DNA from: Phoronis australis
Taxonomy: Eukaryota; Animalia; Phoronida
Direction of reading: 5' to 3'
Assembly (NCBI GenBank): GCA_002633005.1
Contig: NMRA01000324.1
Coordinates: 376,624-440,623 of the forward strand
DNA: 64,000 bases
Shown: piece after piece, positions 39,020 to 51,354 of the stretch
How positions within the stretch are numbered: the stretch's first letter is position 1
How the letters are laid out: each line of letters begins with the position of its first letter
Program-made: the position numbers and the translations under genes
Notes under the pieces: generated by a model
Database searches by the model: none
What the model was told of the DNA's origin: nothing
Seen by the model: the letters and a program-made list of their open reading frames with translations, nothing else

Positions 39020-39639
39020 TAATACAACAAGAATAAATTTTAAATACCAAATCCACTAATCTCTAATGTTTCATAGAATACTTTACATATCCATAACACC
39101 TTTCAGCTAATTGTGTTGATTTGATAGCCTAAAGATGGTATTACTCACTCGCCGCAATTTGATGCTTTGAGTTCCGACATGAAATAACTAACTTTATAGT
39201 ATACTAGATTGCGTAATGTTCCTATAGAATGGCTGCCCTGAGATAGTTTACCAGAAGTACATAACATGCGAACACAGTCGGCAATTTCTTACCAATGCTG
39301 TTATTGTTCTTCCAGTTGTTTACTTTGTTACTTTTTTGAATTACGATACTGTATATTGTTCTAGTTGCGCTAAACGTGTCAGAATAACACTTATGATTTT
39401 TAGAGAAGTCAGGAAAACTCACGCACCGCGCACGCATGGCTCGGGGTGCGCTTGCACTTCGTTCACGTTTAACTCGCTGTAAGTTCCGGGCAGAGTCACG
39501 CTTAGGCTCACTCCAGCTGTAACGGTTGATTCATGACTCACTCTCCGAGTATTTCCGGATACGGTCACGCTTAGCCAGACCGGAGGCAGGTCGGACGAGA
39601 CTAATACTTCAGTGTCTGTACTGTAAAATAATCACGAGA

Positions 39640-41925
39640 TTGAAAAACGATTACCGAATATGCAATCGATGTAACAGGACATTTCAAAATTTCAATGGGA
39701 TGAGAATCTACCAGGGAAAGACGAAGCGTCTCTAGCGGCAACACTTAGGTGGTACTACTACTATTTCTAGTAAGACGACTGAAGATGATAGCCGGGGTAA
39801 AATCTACAAGGCATCGATATCTAAAGCTCATGGAGCGATCGAGGAAGCAAAAGTGTCCGCTGCATCAGAACTTGATGACGACGGTAGGGCACCAACGTTT
39901 GTGTTACTTTCCACGTCACAGTTGCTTATTGAAACTGTTGAGGATCGGGGTCCATACAGCATGCCGAGGCAACGAACTAAAGCACCATGTGAATTGGCAA
40001 CAAAGGGACGGATTCCTCGGCCAAAAGGACATAACTGGAGTCCTCTAAGGAAATAACTGGAGTCCTCTGGATCAGGATCTCGATGGCGTCTTAGAGGCAA
40101 AATTAGAAGAAATATACAGAAAAAAAAATGGTCACCCTGACTGAGCTGTTGTACACGTCACTTTTCAAATACAGATTTGGAGGGCGGCGAAAAGAAAGAA
40201 TCCCAATAACGTAAAATCTGGAGATCCGGGTGAAGCTGAGAGACCTTAACAGGCAGTGGAGGAGAGTTGAGTGTCATTATATGAGAGAACTCACCCATTT
40301 AAGAAGTGAACGGAGGGATAAACATTCACCTTTCTGCAAGAAAGAGCAGCTTAGAAGAGGAAGTCCGAGAATTTCCGGAAGAGGAAGAAATTTTTGTCTA
40401 ATCCATTCAAGTCCACGAAGGAGCTTTTTGGGAAAGAGGTAAGTGAGCAGCTCAGATGCTTTGCAGAGGAGCTGGAGAGACATCTGGAGGAAGTTCACAG
40501 TGACACTCGGTGCTATGAACCTTTGGGAATTTTTTACAGGAAGTATGATGAGGAATTTTCAAGTATGTATGTTGACAATTTTATGTTCTGCGATATCAGG
40601 AAGGTGGACATGTATGAAGAGTCGGGTTCAGTTCTAGGCCCATCCAGCCTACCTTACTCTGTGTATAAGAAGCGCCCATAGAGAGTAAACCGACACTGGA
40701 ACCTGTTGAGAGTGATTTGGCGCTCTAAGGCGTTGCCTTGGAGATGGGAAAAAGTAGAAGGGGTGTTCATTCCAAAATGCAAAGGCTCACTGAAGATTGG
40801 TGACTTCCGTCCTATTTCGTGATCGGATATGGTGAGTAAAATCGTTTTCGCTCTGCTGGCAGACAGGCTATCGACGTATTTGTTGGAGAAGAGTTACATC
40901 GACCCTTCAGTGCAGAAGCTAGGCATTCCCGGCTGCTATTGTTGGTTAGAACACAATTGTGTGATCACGTAGTTAATCAAGGATTCAACGACATTAAAGA
41001 GAGTCCTGTTGGTGATATAGCTTGGCATGGCTAAGATCTGCGTTCTCTCATCTGCATATAATTCAAAGGATCAAGAATGAGATTCTCATTTAATGGTTTT
41101 ACAACAGAATGCCAACTTTTGCAGATGGGGATCACGAAAAGATGCACAATTTCTATAATTGTGTTTGTGATGGACATGAATATTATGATAAAGCGAGGAT
41201 TAAAACAGCGGAGGGGTCCCGTATTGCAAAACAAGCGTTTACCAAGTTGTCCTGCATACGGTTACAATTCACTCTCCAATAGGGACTGGTCGGATTCTAA
41301 AAGGGTCGGGTGAACCAGACAGATGGGCTCACATGGCGTTTAAGGTAGCAAATTCCAGGAGTTACGTGCTGGTTCGAGGGAAGATTAACCCACATTTCAG
41401 TGGATGAAGACGTGATACCTTGGGTGTCTGAGAAGTCAGGGAAGTATCTGAGGAAAGATTATGATGGCATAATATGGGATGGAGGCCATGTAAAAGCGGC
41501 GTTGGAAAGTTTAAGGGAAAGTCTTCGGAAGGTCGATAAGTGTGAACTACCTGGTTGCTTTAAGGAGTGGTGTTGCTAATGTGTTCTATTTGCAAAGGTC
41601 ACGTAGCCTTTGACAGTATATGATCTACCTATTACAACAGAGGATGGAATGGAGCGCTTGGTCGGCCGCTACTTGCGTAAGTGGTTAAGCATCCCCAAAA
41701 TTTCACAAGGTTGGGCTTGTACATGAGGTCTTCAGCAGTAAACTTATGTACACGATCTATTGTGGAATAATTTAAAGTCATTAAGAGTAGGAGTTTTCTG
41801 ACTTTGTGTGACTCGATAGTTGAAGATATCAGCTGTGTAAAGTTGATCTTCTCGATAGGGTAACTGTTGAGGATGATGTTCAACTTCTCATGCTGTGAGC
41901 TGAGATACATCATCCAGTAATACAT
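39640..41925 (+). mobile_element. Decayed R2/Hero-like (RLE-type) non-LTR retrotransposon, 3' truncated
   Basis: N-terminal Zn finger ICNRCNRTFQNFNGMRIYQGK. RT motifs EGVFIPK..FRPIS..YIDPSVQKLGIPG..LEH, GITKRCTISIIVFVMDMN and PLTVYDLP..RYLRKWL. Confidence 0.85.
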
Positions 41926-41929
41926 ATAC

Positions 41930-43200
41930 GTTAATTTGGATAAGGGCTGATGCCCTTGAATCCATGGCGATGGTAGTCTTCAATAAATTGGTCTTGGCAT
42001 GCGTGTCACCTTCACATCTACATCTTAGGGGTTACACACGTAGGCGTCTCAGCATAGGGTTTTGTTTGTTGAAGCACTGGGGAATTTGGAAGCGATGGTT
42101 GACTCACAGTAGCATTGAATAGTGACGTATGATGTTTCTGTCCACAACTGTGACAGGACAACTTCAATGGGCAATCTTGTTTCAGGTATCGGTCGGATAA
42201 AAATTTAAATCACAGTCGGTCTAGTATCACAATATGCTGCAGATTTTTTTTGAAGTCGGATGTTCACAGATTAGCAGTGTGACTTTGGTTCCAGAGGGCT
42301 GGCAATGAGGCGGCTGTTGTTGTCGGTGGAACGTGTCTCGGCTTAGGAGGACACGTATTACCACTTTTAATTGAACCGTAATTTGACCCTGAGCGCATTC
42401 TAGTGTAAACGGCAGAAAATGCATTAATATATTTACTAACATCGGCAGTTGCTGTGTCTCCGGTTTGGTTGACCTTTATCTTCATGACAAGGGTATTCAT
42501 CAGCTGTTCGGCACGTGATCACGAGCGGCAACATGTCCTAGGGTCACTAAACCACCAAGACACGTATTTACACTGTAGTGGCATCATCGGACAAAGTGCA
42601 GGATGTTTAGCAGTCCAGTGGTCTAATTAGTAAGTAGTTCATCAGGGTCCATATACCTGGAGTAACGTTGCTTCAAGGCTCCTTTATGTTAGTCGTTTGA
42701 CAGTGGTAAACATTCTATCACTTTCGCAGCGTCACCTGATTTTTGCTTGTAGACATTGCAATTTCTTCATCGGGGTAACATGTGGCATCTTTGTGAATAA
42801 CATCTTTACATGAATAGTAAAATTCTTATATAATTCAGTTTGTCATTGGAACAAACAGGTTGGTCATTTTGGGGGCAGTTTTGTGGTCACTGCTGACGGT
42901 GTTGTCATCGATAAATTTTGCAGGTAGTAATGTCTTGTCATCGTCTTGTTACATAAGTTTTAGAAGGGATTTCGTAATTGGTGTGATTGGCCCTTTGGTG
43001 TCTATCCTTCTGAAGACTTTCATTCTGGCACCCTCGGAAATTACATCCATCCATGCTACAAAACCGGCAACTTGGGAGGGTTCATGAGGGTATGGTTTGT
43101 AACTCGGTTCTTATTTTGAACGGTAAATAGATAAATTGGTTAAGATGGTAGCAGCTGCACCAAGTTGGTGGAGAACAAAAAAGTAACACAGTTGTTTATT
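41930..43200 (-). mobile_element. BEL/Pao LTR retrotransposon gag fragment with PBS-like start
   Basis: RL*FKFLSDRYLKQDCPLKLSCHSCGQKHHTSLF (BEL Zn knuckles), then NLLKTTIA. Minus-strand CA..TTGGTGCAGC lies near 43154-43167, downstream of an AATAAA-bearing LTR-like stub. Confidence 0.65.
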
Positions 43201-43239
43201 TTCTAATGACCCACACATTTTATTAACTTAAACTACAAT

Positions 43240-43245
43240 ACACAC

Positions 43246-43281
<36 letters not shown>

Positions 43282-43313
43282 ACATATATATATATATATA
43301 TATATACATATAC

Positions 43314-43344
<31 letters not shown>

Positions 43345-43378
43345 AACACACGCACACATATATATATATACACATATC
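43240..43378. repeat. Compound (CA)n/(TA)n microsatellite
   Basis: Directly visible. Confidence 0.97.
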
Positions 43379-45149
43379 TACATTGAATACGTGCGCAAAA
43401 TAGAAAAGACGTTATGTCGGATGTTTTGTTCGAGTAGAGTTGCGAAGAACAGTTAAATTTAATGAAGTGAATGACTCCAGCCAGTTTTCAATCTGTAGTA
43501 GCCCCTAAAGGTATTAAAACCGTTGGTCGGGAAACAACTTAAAACAATCACCCATGCACGGGGAAACGTAACTACTGACAAAACACGAATGCCAGCATAA
43601 GTGATGCTCATGTGACTTTTATTTTTCAGAAGCCATACATCTCATGTCCGTTTTACTGACTGCTAACGGTATGTACCATTATTTTGTTCCATAGCCAATA
43701 CAAACTCAGTACGAATTTTAAAATCAACGCTTATGTAACAACGGCATATTGATCGACTTTTCTGAAGACAACAGTCAAATATGATTAATATGAAGTGTCT
43801 CAAAATTTTAACGTGATTATTATAACACCTGCTTAATGACGTGATAAATAATCGAGAAACAATCGCTGTGAGGGATCATCAATTCGATTTTCCGTTGTTA
43901 AACAAAAAAAAAATATTCCATCTACTTCTACTTAATTTCTCTCCGGGATACTGTCTAAGCCACGTTTTCAGGATCACTTGTACGTGTTTTAGTAAAAAAT
44001 CAACTTTTCAGGTATATCAATTATTTAATGAATTTTAAGCCTTGTTTGGAACATCCAGAACAAAAATTACCAAACAAAACAAAATCTACAGAAATTTCAA
44101 ATACTATAATGTAAACAATAGATGGTCGTCTATCGATCTATCATTTTACTGATTAAAACTTAAGCATTGGGAAGGCACGTGAGCTCGCGAAAGTGCTTGT
44201 TAATCTATCCCAACAATGCTGTTTTCATATGCATTGAAATCAACAAAATATTGTTACTGAAGTACACTAAACACAAATTACCCTCTTTGAGAATTTTTTG
44301 TATTGTAATATTTAAAATGAGGGTGGTTTCATCATTGTGAGCGCTGGTTTTCAAGAGGGTCCTCAACGACATAATGCAGTACGATGTATACACAAAACGC
44401 ACCAAGAGTGGACTCGATGAAGTAATATCTCACTAAATATTTATCCCTGTATCGACCGTGACCGAAGGTCGAGGTTGATACGCAGAAAGATGCCAAGCGC
44501 AATATTACGTCATGTACGCCTATCGAGGTCAGTTTTGAATTTGAACATGCGCTTCAAATTTTCTTTTATTTTTTTCACCAGAAAATTCACTTGGCGGATC
44601 ATACTGTGCATGTATATCTATGTACTTGCTCGTTAGATTAGTAACTTCTTGTGCATCGAGTGTTTTATTGTTAGCAAAAGGTCCCTTAATGTTACACTTT
44701 GATGATCGAATAAATTTTTCATCAAAAGACAAGTTTTTCAATAATTATTCAGAACACACTATTTCTTCAGTTTTAAAGCCCATAGAGTGCAGGTGGGCTG
44801 CTTCACTATGAAACTGAAAGAACTGCAAATTTCCTGTTGGCTTATAGAAATGTCCAGCGATCAAAGCGAAGTATTCCCTTTGTTAGCATTTGGTTTGTTT
44901 ATGTGTGTAACTATTCTTAGAAAATTCTTAAGAAGGCCTATGGACAGTTTTAATCTTGTGTTAATTTGTTTATAACAAAAGTTGCACATACAATAAAAGT
45001 AAGTTTTCAATTGTAGCTAGCTGGATAACAACCTGCTATGTACAAGATTCGAGAACAAACAATAATCAGTGTACCAAGCCTTATTTAAGATCTGAATTCA
45101 AATATTTGAAACTTTCTTAAAGTGATTTAAGAATGTATACTTTTCGTGA

Positions 45150-46170
45150 CACCTAAATTTGTTTCTGATCTCAGCAAATACATTTCGTACAAGGTGTCAG
45201 CAATTATTCCAATGCAGTGTTATGAATTTACTGAATACAATGTAGATCCTTCATGTTTATTCGGTAACTAACCTGGTAGTCCTCTGTGAAAACAAATTCA
45301 TGTTAGGTTCGATTGGCGTCCACCAATTTGGTCAGTGAAAAACAACATCGTATTCTTATAACGTACTGTGCTTGTCAAAGGAAAAAGGTTTTGACGATAG
45401 TTTTTTTACGAAAATCCGCCAGTGAAGTTAGGCCTCACCTGAAATATTAGAGATTGGATCATTGTCTTATATGTGTTAATAGACTTAGAAAATGTAAGAT
45501 CCACTCTTTTTTCAGGTTTAAATTCGTCTTCCATTTGTAAGACCAGTAATAGAGTTTGTTTAGGGCACTTTGTAATTGTAAGGAGTCATGACATGCGTTC
45601 TTGAGATTAGGTAGAAAATTGCAATGTCATCAGCATTTTATAAGGTTTTGAGTTTATTGCGTCTGGAAGATCATTGATGTAGAGTAAAGAGAGTAAGTGG
45701 CCCAGTACGCTACCCTGTAGTACTTGAGCATTTACTAATTCTGGTGTTGATGAGGGTGATAAAACACCCTCAATTCGGACCCTAAATTTGACATCCCAGG
45801 TATGATGTTATTAGTGCATGTTAGAGGAGAGTGCCTGAGAAGCCGTAAGATTGTAATTTATGTAGAAGCAGATCATGGGAAACCACATCAAAATCTGACG
45901 CGATACGGATCTCACGATGTACCCCCAAACTGGAGGTGGATTTCACGTGGATTTCTGTAAGTTGGGACACACTGCTGCTACCTGGCATGAATTCAAATCG
46001 GCGACGATATATGAGGTTTTGTGAAAAGATTTGGTCAAGCATGTGTTGAAACATGATTTTTTCTAAAAGTTTTGGATAAGTTGTTAAGAAGAGTTATGGG
46101 GCGATAGTTGGCAATGTCTGTTTTGGAGTTCTTTTTGTGTATTGGTATCGTAACACCAAGTTTCCTGTCA
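45150..46170 (-). mobile_element. Decayed CR1/L2-type LINE RT region
   Basis: ANYRPI; FMPGSSSVSQL; FDVVSHDLLLHKLQSYG; QGSVLGHLLSLLYINDLPD..ADD. Confidence 0.88.
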
Positions 46171-46244
46171 AAAAGAAATTCTGAACACTGTGGTATTTTC
46201 TTGTATAATGTTGTCGGAGGAACTGTAAGCGCTCTTGCTATTAT

Positions 46245-46490
46245 CTTGTTACTCTGCGAGTATTAGCGCAGAGTACTGTTTATGCTGGGTTTTCTTCAAT
46301 TTTATTCTTATTACTCTGCGCATGCAAGCGCATAGTACTGTTGTTCTTGGGTTTTTCTCAATTTTATCACTCTGCGCGTGCAAGCGCAGAGTACTGTTGT
46401 TCCTGGATTTTCATCAGTTTTATTCTTATTACTCTGCGCGTGCACGCGCAGAGTACTGTTTTTCCTGGGTTTTCTTCAATTTTATTCTTA
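46245..46490 (+). repeat. Four tandem ~60-bp 5' head modules of a Helentron-associated (DINE/HINE-like) element
   Basis: ACTCTGCG..CGCAGAGT hairpin units start at 46251, 46313, 46369 and 46431. Each is followed by a T-rich tail. Confidence 0.8.
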
Positions 46491-49400
46491 TTCTTATTCT
46501 TATTCTTCTTCAGACCAAATTTGACACTTGATAACTCCAAATTAGGTGCAGGTACGTTCTTCAAATTCAGCATATAATTTTTGACAATACATAAATTTTG
46601 ATTAATCATATAATCATATTCCATAATGCACCGGAAGAGGTCATTTGGTGCAAAGGTTATGTAATTTTCAAAATTCTACTCCTTCTTTATTTGAAAAGCT
46701 ATTCTTTTCAAATTCGGTACACAGGTATAAGTCAATAAGGCAATTTAAATATTACTTTAAGTAATCTTGTCGTCCATTCAGGTGAAATAGGTCAAAGGCC
46801 TTTAGATGCAAACTAAAATTTGAGCTAGACACTTCAAATTGACAGGTCTGATTGCCACAGGTAATTCATTTCAAAATCAAAAGTTTCAGCTCATTTAGTG
46901 CAAACATGGGGTCATTACTAGCATTTTTCTTCTGAAAAGTTGACTTTTTCAATCAGCAAGTATTGTGATGTGTCAACCGTTAGACAACAGTGATTCTCAG
47001 CGTTAAACACATTTTTATGGGCTTTGCAATCATTCTCCTCATTACGCTTTTAATGCACCGGATAGGGTCAACAAGTACATAGGTCATGTAACGTTCAAAA
47101 TGTTATATCTCTTAAGCTTTTTCAAGGAATTCTTTTCAATTTCATCACACTGGTGTAAGTCAACATGCCAATTCAATTCCCTACTTTACTTTGCACTACG
47201 CCTAACCAATCAGAAAAAATAGGTCAAAGGTCATTGAGTGCAAAAAAAATTTGAGCTAGATACTTCAAAATTATATATCTGTTTATTAAGTGCGATTTAG
47301 TTTGAATTATAGATTATCAGGTCATATGGTGCACCCATGGGGTCATTAGGTGCATTTTTCTTCTCAAAGGTTGACCAATTCATTCATCTTGTATTCTGAA
47401 TTGCTTAAAGTAAAACATCTGTGGTTTTTAGCACTAAACAAACTTTTAATCGAGTTACCAGTTACTCCTCATCGGGGTTCATAATACACAGGAAGAGGTC
47501 AATTAGTCGAAAGGTCATCAAAAAAGAGTATGTAATCCCTCCTACAATTTAAAGAATTCCTTTTCATATTGGTAAACGTTTTGCTGTCAGTAACGCCCCA
47601 TAATAATTCCAGTAATACGCACGCGCAGAGTCCGTTATTGTCACTCTGTGACAACAATCTTTCTAGTTCTTATTCTTATTCTTCTTATTCCTCTTCCGAC
47701 CAACTTTGAGGCTTAATAACTCCAAATTGGGTGCAGGTACGTTTTTTAACCATATATTAATAAAGCATAAAGATATTCCAGGTGGTCATTGCAATGGGCC
47801 CACATGCGAGGCCTGCGCACGTCTGGTACAACGTGTATCAGACCGCCTGCAATTGTTTTTATTTTTTTCTTTAAAATCAGCACATGATTTTTGACATAAT
47901 ATAAATTTTGATTCATGGTGTAATCATATTCCATATTGCACCGGAAGAGGTCGTTTGGTGCAATGCTCATATAATTTTCAAAATGCTACTCCTTCTCCAG
48001 TTGTTAAGTTATTCCTTTCAAATTCGGTACACGGGTATAAGGCAATAAGGGAATTTCTAAAATTACATTTTTAAGTAATCGGGTCATCCAATCAAGTTTA
48101 ACAGTTCAAAGGTCACTAGGTGCAAAGTAAGATTTTGAGCTAGACACTTCAAATTCACAGGTCTGATTGACACATTGAATTCAATTCGGAATCTAAAGTT
48201 TCAGGTCATTTAGTGCAAACACGGGGTCATTATGTGCATTTTTCTTCTGAAAATTTGATCTTTTCAATTGTCAAGTACTCTGATGTGTCAACAGTTACAC
48301 AATTGTGATTCTCAGCATTAAACACATTTTTCATGAGCTTTGCAATAGTTTTTCTAAAATCTTTTATAATGCACTTGATAGATTCAATTGGTGCAAACGT
48401 CATCTAACGTTTAAAATGTTAAATCTGATTTTTTCAAGGAATTCTTTTCAAATTCAGCATGCTAGTGTAAGTCACCATGCCAGTTGAGTAACCTACTTTA
48501 CTTCGCAATAGGCCTAACCAATCAGAAAAAATAGGTCAAAGGTCATTGAGTGCAAAATAAAATTTTGAGGTAGAGACTTCAAAATTACATATCTGTTCAC
48601 TAAGTGCGATTGAGTTTGAATTATAAATTTTTAGTTCATTTGGTGCACCCATAGGGTCATTAGGTGCATTTTTCTTCTGAAAGTTTGACCAATTCATTCA
48701 TCTTGTATTCTGAAGTGCTTAAAGTAAAACATCTGTGATTTTTATCATTAACCACAGTTTAAATCGAATTTACAATTACTCCCTCGTCGGTGTTCATAAT
48801 GCACTGGAAGAGGCCAATTAGTGTAAAGGTCATCAAAATAGTAACATGTAATTCCTCCTACATTTCTTAAGAATTCCTTTTCATATGGGTAAACAGGTTG
48901 CTGTTAGTAACTTCCCAAAACACTTCCAGTAATACGCACGCACAGAGTCACGGCGTGACAATAATATTTCTAGTTCACCTTATTCTTATTCTTCTTATTC
49001 TTATTCTTCTTCCGACCAACTTTGACACTTAATAACTCCAAATTCGGGGCAGGTGCGTTCTTCAAATTCAGTATATGATTTTGACAGAACATAAATTTTG
49101 ATTCATTATATAATGACATTCCATAATGCACCGGAAGAGATCATTTGGTGCAAATGTCGTGTCATTTTAAATTGCTACTCCTTCTTTAATTTAAAAGCTA
49201 TTATTTCCAAATTCGGTACACAATTATATGTCAAGAAGGAAATTTCAAAAATTACTTGTCTTAGTAATCAGATCATCCAGTCACTTTAAATAGGTCAAAA
49301 GGTTTTAGGTGCAAACTAAAATTTTGAGCTAGATACTTCAAATTCTCAGGTCTGCTTGGCACAGGTAAATCAATTCGGAATCCAAAGTTTCAAGTCATTT

Positions 49401-50150
49401 AGTGCAAACATGGAGTCATTGGGTGCATTTGATTTTTCAATCAGCTAGTATTCTGATGTGTCAACCATTCGACAACCGTGAGTCTCAGCATTAACTACAT
49501 TTTTCATGGGGTTTGCATTAATTCTAAAAACTTTATATTGCACCTGATAGGGTCAATTAGTGCAAAGGTCATGTTCAACATGCTATATCTCTTACGCTTT
49601 TCAAGGAATTCTTTTCAATTTCAGCACACTGGAGTAAGTCAACATGCCAATTGAATCGCCTACTTTACTTTGCAATAGGTATAACCGATAAAAATTGGTC
49701 AAAGATCATTGAGTGCAAACTAAAATTCTGAGCTATATTCTGTAAAATAACATATCTGTTTACTAAGTGCGAGTGAGTTTGAATTCTAAATTTTCAGGTC
49801 ATTTGGTGCATCCATGGGGTCATTAGGTTCACTTTTCTTTTGAAAGATTGGCCAATTCATTCACATTGTATTCTGAATTGCTTTAAGTAAAACTTTTGTG
49901 ATTTTTAGCAATAACCACTTTTTTTAATCGAGTTTACAATTATTCCCTCATCGGGGCTCATAATGTACCGGAAGAGGTCAATTAGTGGAAAGGTCATCAA
50001 AATATTAACATGTAATTTCTCTTACATTTTGATAAGAATTCCTTTTCATGTTGGTAAACGAGTTGCTGTCAGCAATTTCTCATAGCAATTCAAGTAAAAC
50101 TCACGCGCAGAATCTATTATGGTCACGCCATAACAATAATCTTTCTAGTT
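46491..50150 (+). mobile_element. Three tandem ~1.2-kb HINE-like bodies (ending 47668, 48975, 50150)
   Basis: Each has a (TTCTTA)n microsatellite, internal sub-repeats, a 3' subterminal inverted repeat GCACGCGCAGAGT complementary to the head, a palindrome (e.g. TTGTCAC-TCT-GTGACAA 47638-47654) and a terminal CTAGTT. Confidence 0.8.
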
Positions 50151-51354
50151 CTTCTTATTACTCTGTTCGTTCAAGCGTAGAGTTTTACTGTTCTACGTAC
50201 AGCACACATCACGAATTTTTGTCCGCCCGGTCGGAAATTGGTCGACGACTGGCCGTCGACCGGTCTGCAAATTAGCCGACCGGTCGACTAAAAATTAGCC
50301 GACCGGCAGCCGCCCGCAGTGCCGACTCATAAGGCGACTCCCCAGCCGACCCTTCAGCCGACCCTTTTGCCTACCGCCCATCAGCCGAACAGCTGGTCGG
50401 CTGCTATTTTTCGGCTAGAGTAGCAGTTGCGTAATAGGTTGTCAGGCTCATACCACTTTCCGTGTCGATGCATATTCGTCTTAGTACAGGGTCAAATAAA
50501 TTAACCTAGTTTTGCTGTCTCTGTTAAATGAGTTCACGTCGGTTGTGTAACACCCCTAATTCGAAGTTTGAAGGCAACCGGTAATAGTAAATATTGGATG
50601 ATGGACAATGCAACAAGTTTTGGATGAAAAACGTGAAAGTTTTCTTTACATTTGATCTTTAATTTGACTCGTGACCTTAACAAGTTGTATTAGATTGATT
50701 GCTTCCCGGTCAATACAACGCTGTAGTCATTTTGTAAACGCACCGCTATTTTTCGCAGTCTTCGACCACAGTTGATTTTGTTTGTGTAACGCCAAACTGC
50801 ATCATTTTTGCGTTTTTTAAGTTAATAACCGGTCTCCTATCGCGCGCCCATGATGATGGATTAGTGAGTGAGTTGTTACACTGCGAGGAGCTCTGACTCC
50901 GGTATTTTATTTTCATAGTATTGACCCTTGCAGTACAGATGCGAAATTCACGGTCCAGTAGGCCTATGCCCTGAACCCACGGACTTCGATTAGATGTCTC
51001 TAATTTCGAAATCATACTATGGTTACAATTTCCACGAACTAAGACGGTGACATCTAACACGGAATGACCACTGTTGAGGCTACAACCAATTGTACGTAGC
51101 TTTGCGCTTTCCGTTTTCATGTATCGGTGACCTTAATTACTGGGCTAGTTACATGTACACGTAGACCCCTATCAGTTGGCCGTTCACGTCGTTCCAAAAT
51201 AAATATATTTTGTCAACAACATATTGACAATTTATGTAAAATAAAATAATTATGAACGGGAAGATGTGAATACGTGGTGAAGAGGTATTTGTCTCTACGC
51301 GGCATATTTGCGTGAATCTTTGGTAAAGCGATTGTTATAGCAAAAAATGATAGA

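Noticed and set aside
18066-39603. Possible giant element bounded by TAGACTTCGTTCAGTCTGCCTC and GAGGCAGGTCGGACGAGACTA
   Set aside because: The similarity is short and imperfect with no TSD; two independent fragments of related small elements are more likely.
43400-45100. Short ORFs and a Cys pair (CNFC) on the minus strand
   Set aside because: No recognisable family or boundaries; left unannotated.
46245-46490. Palindromic ~60-bp repeats resembling a CRISPR array
   Set aside because: The intervening sequences are near-identical rather than unique spacers, there are no cas genes, and the units are the 5' heads of the adjacent HINE-like elements.
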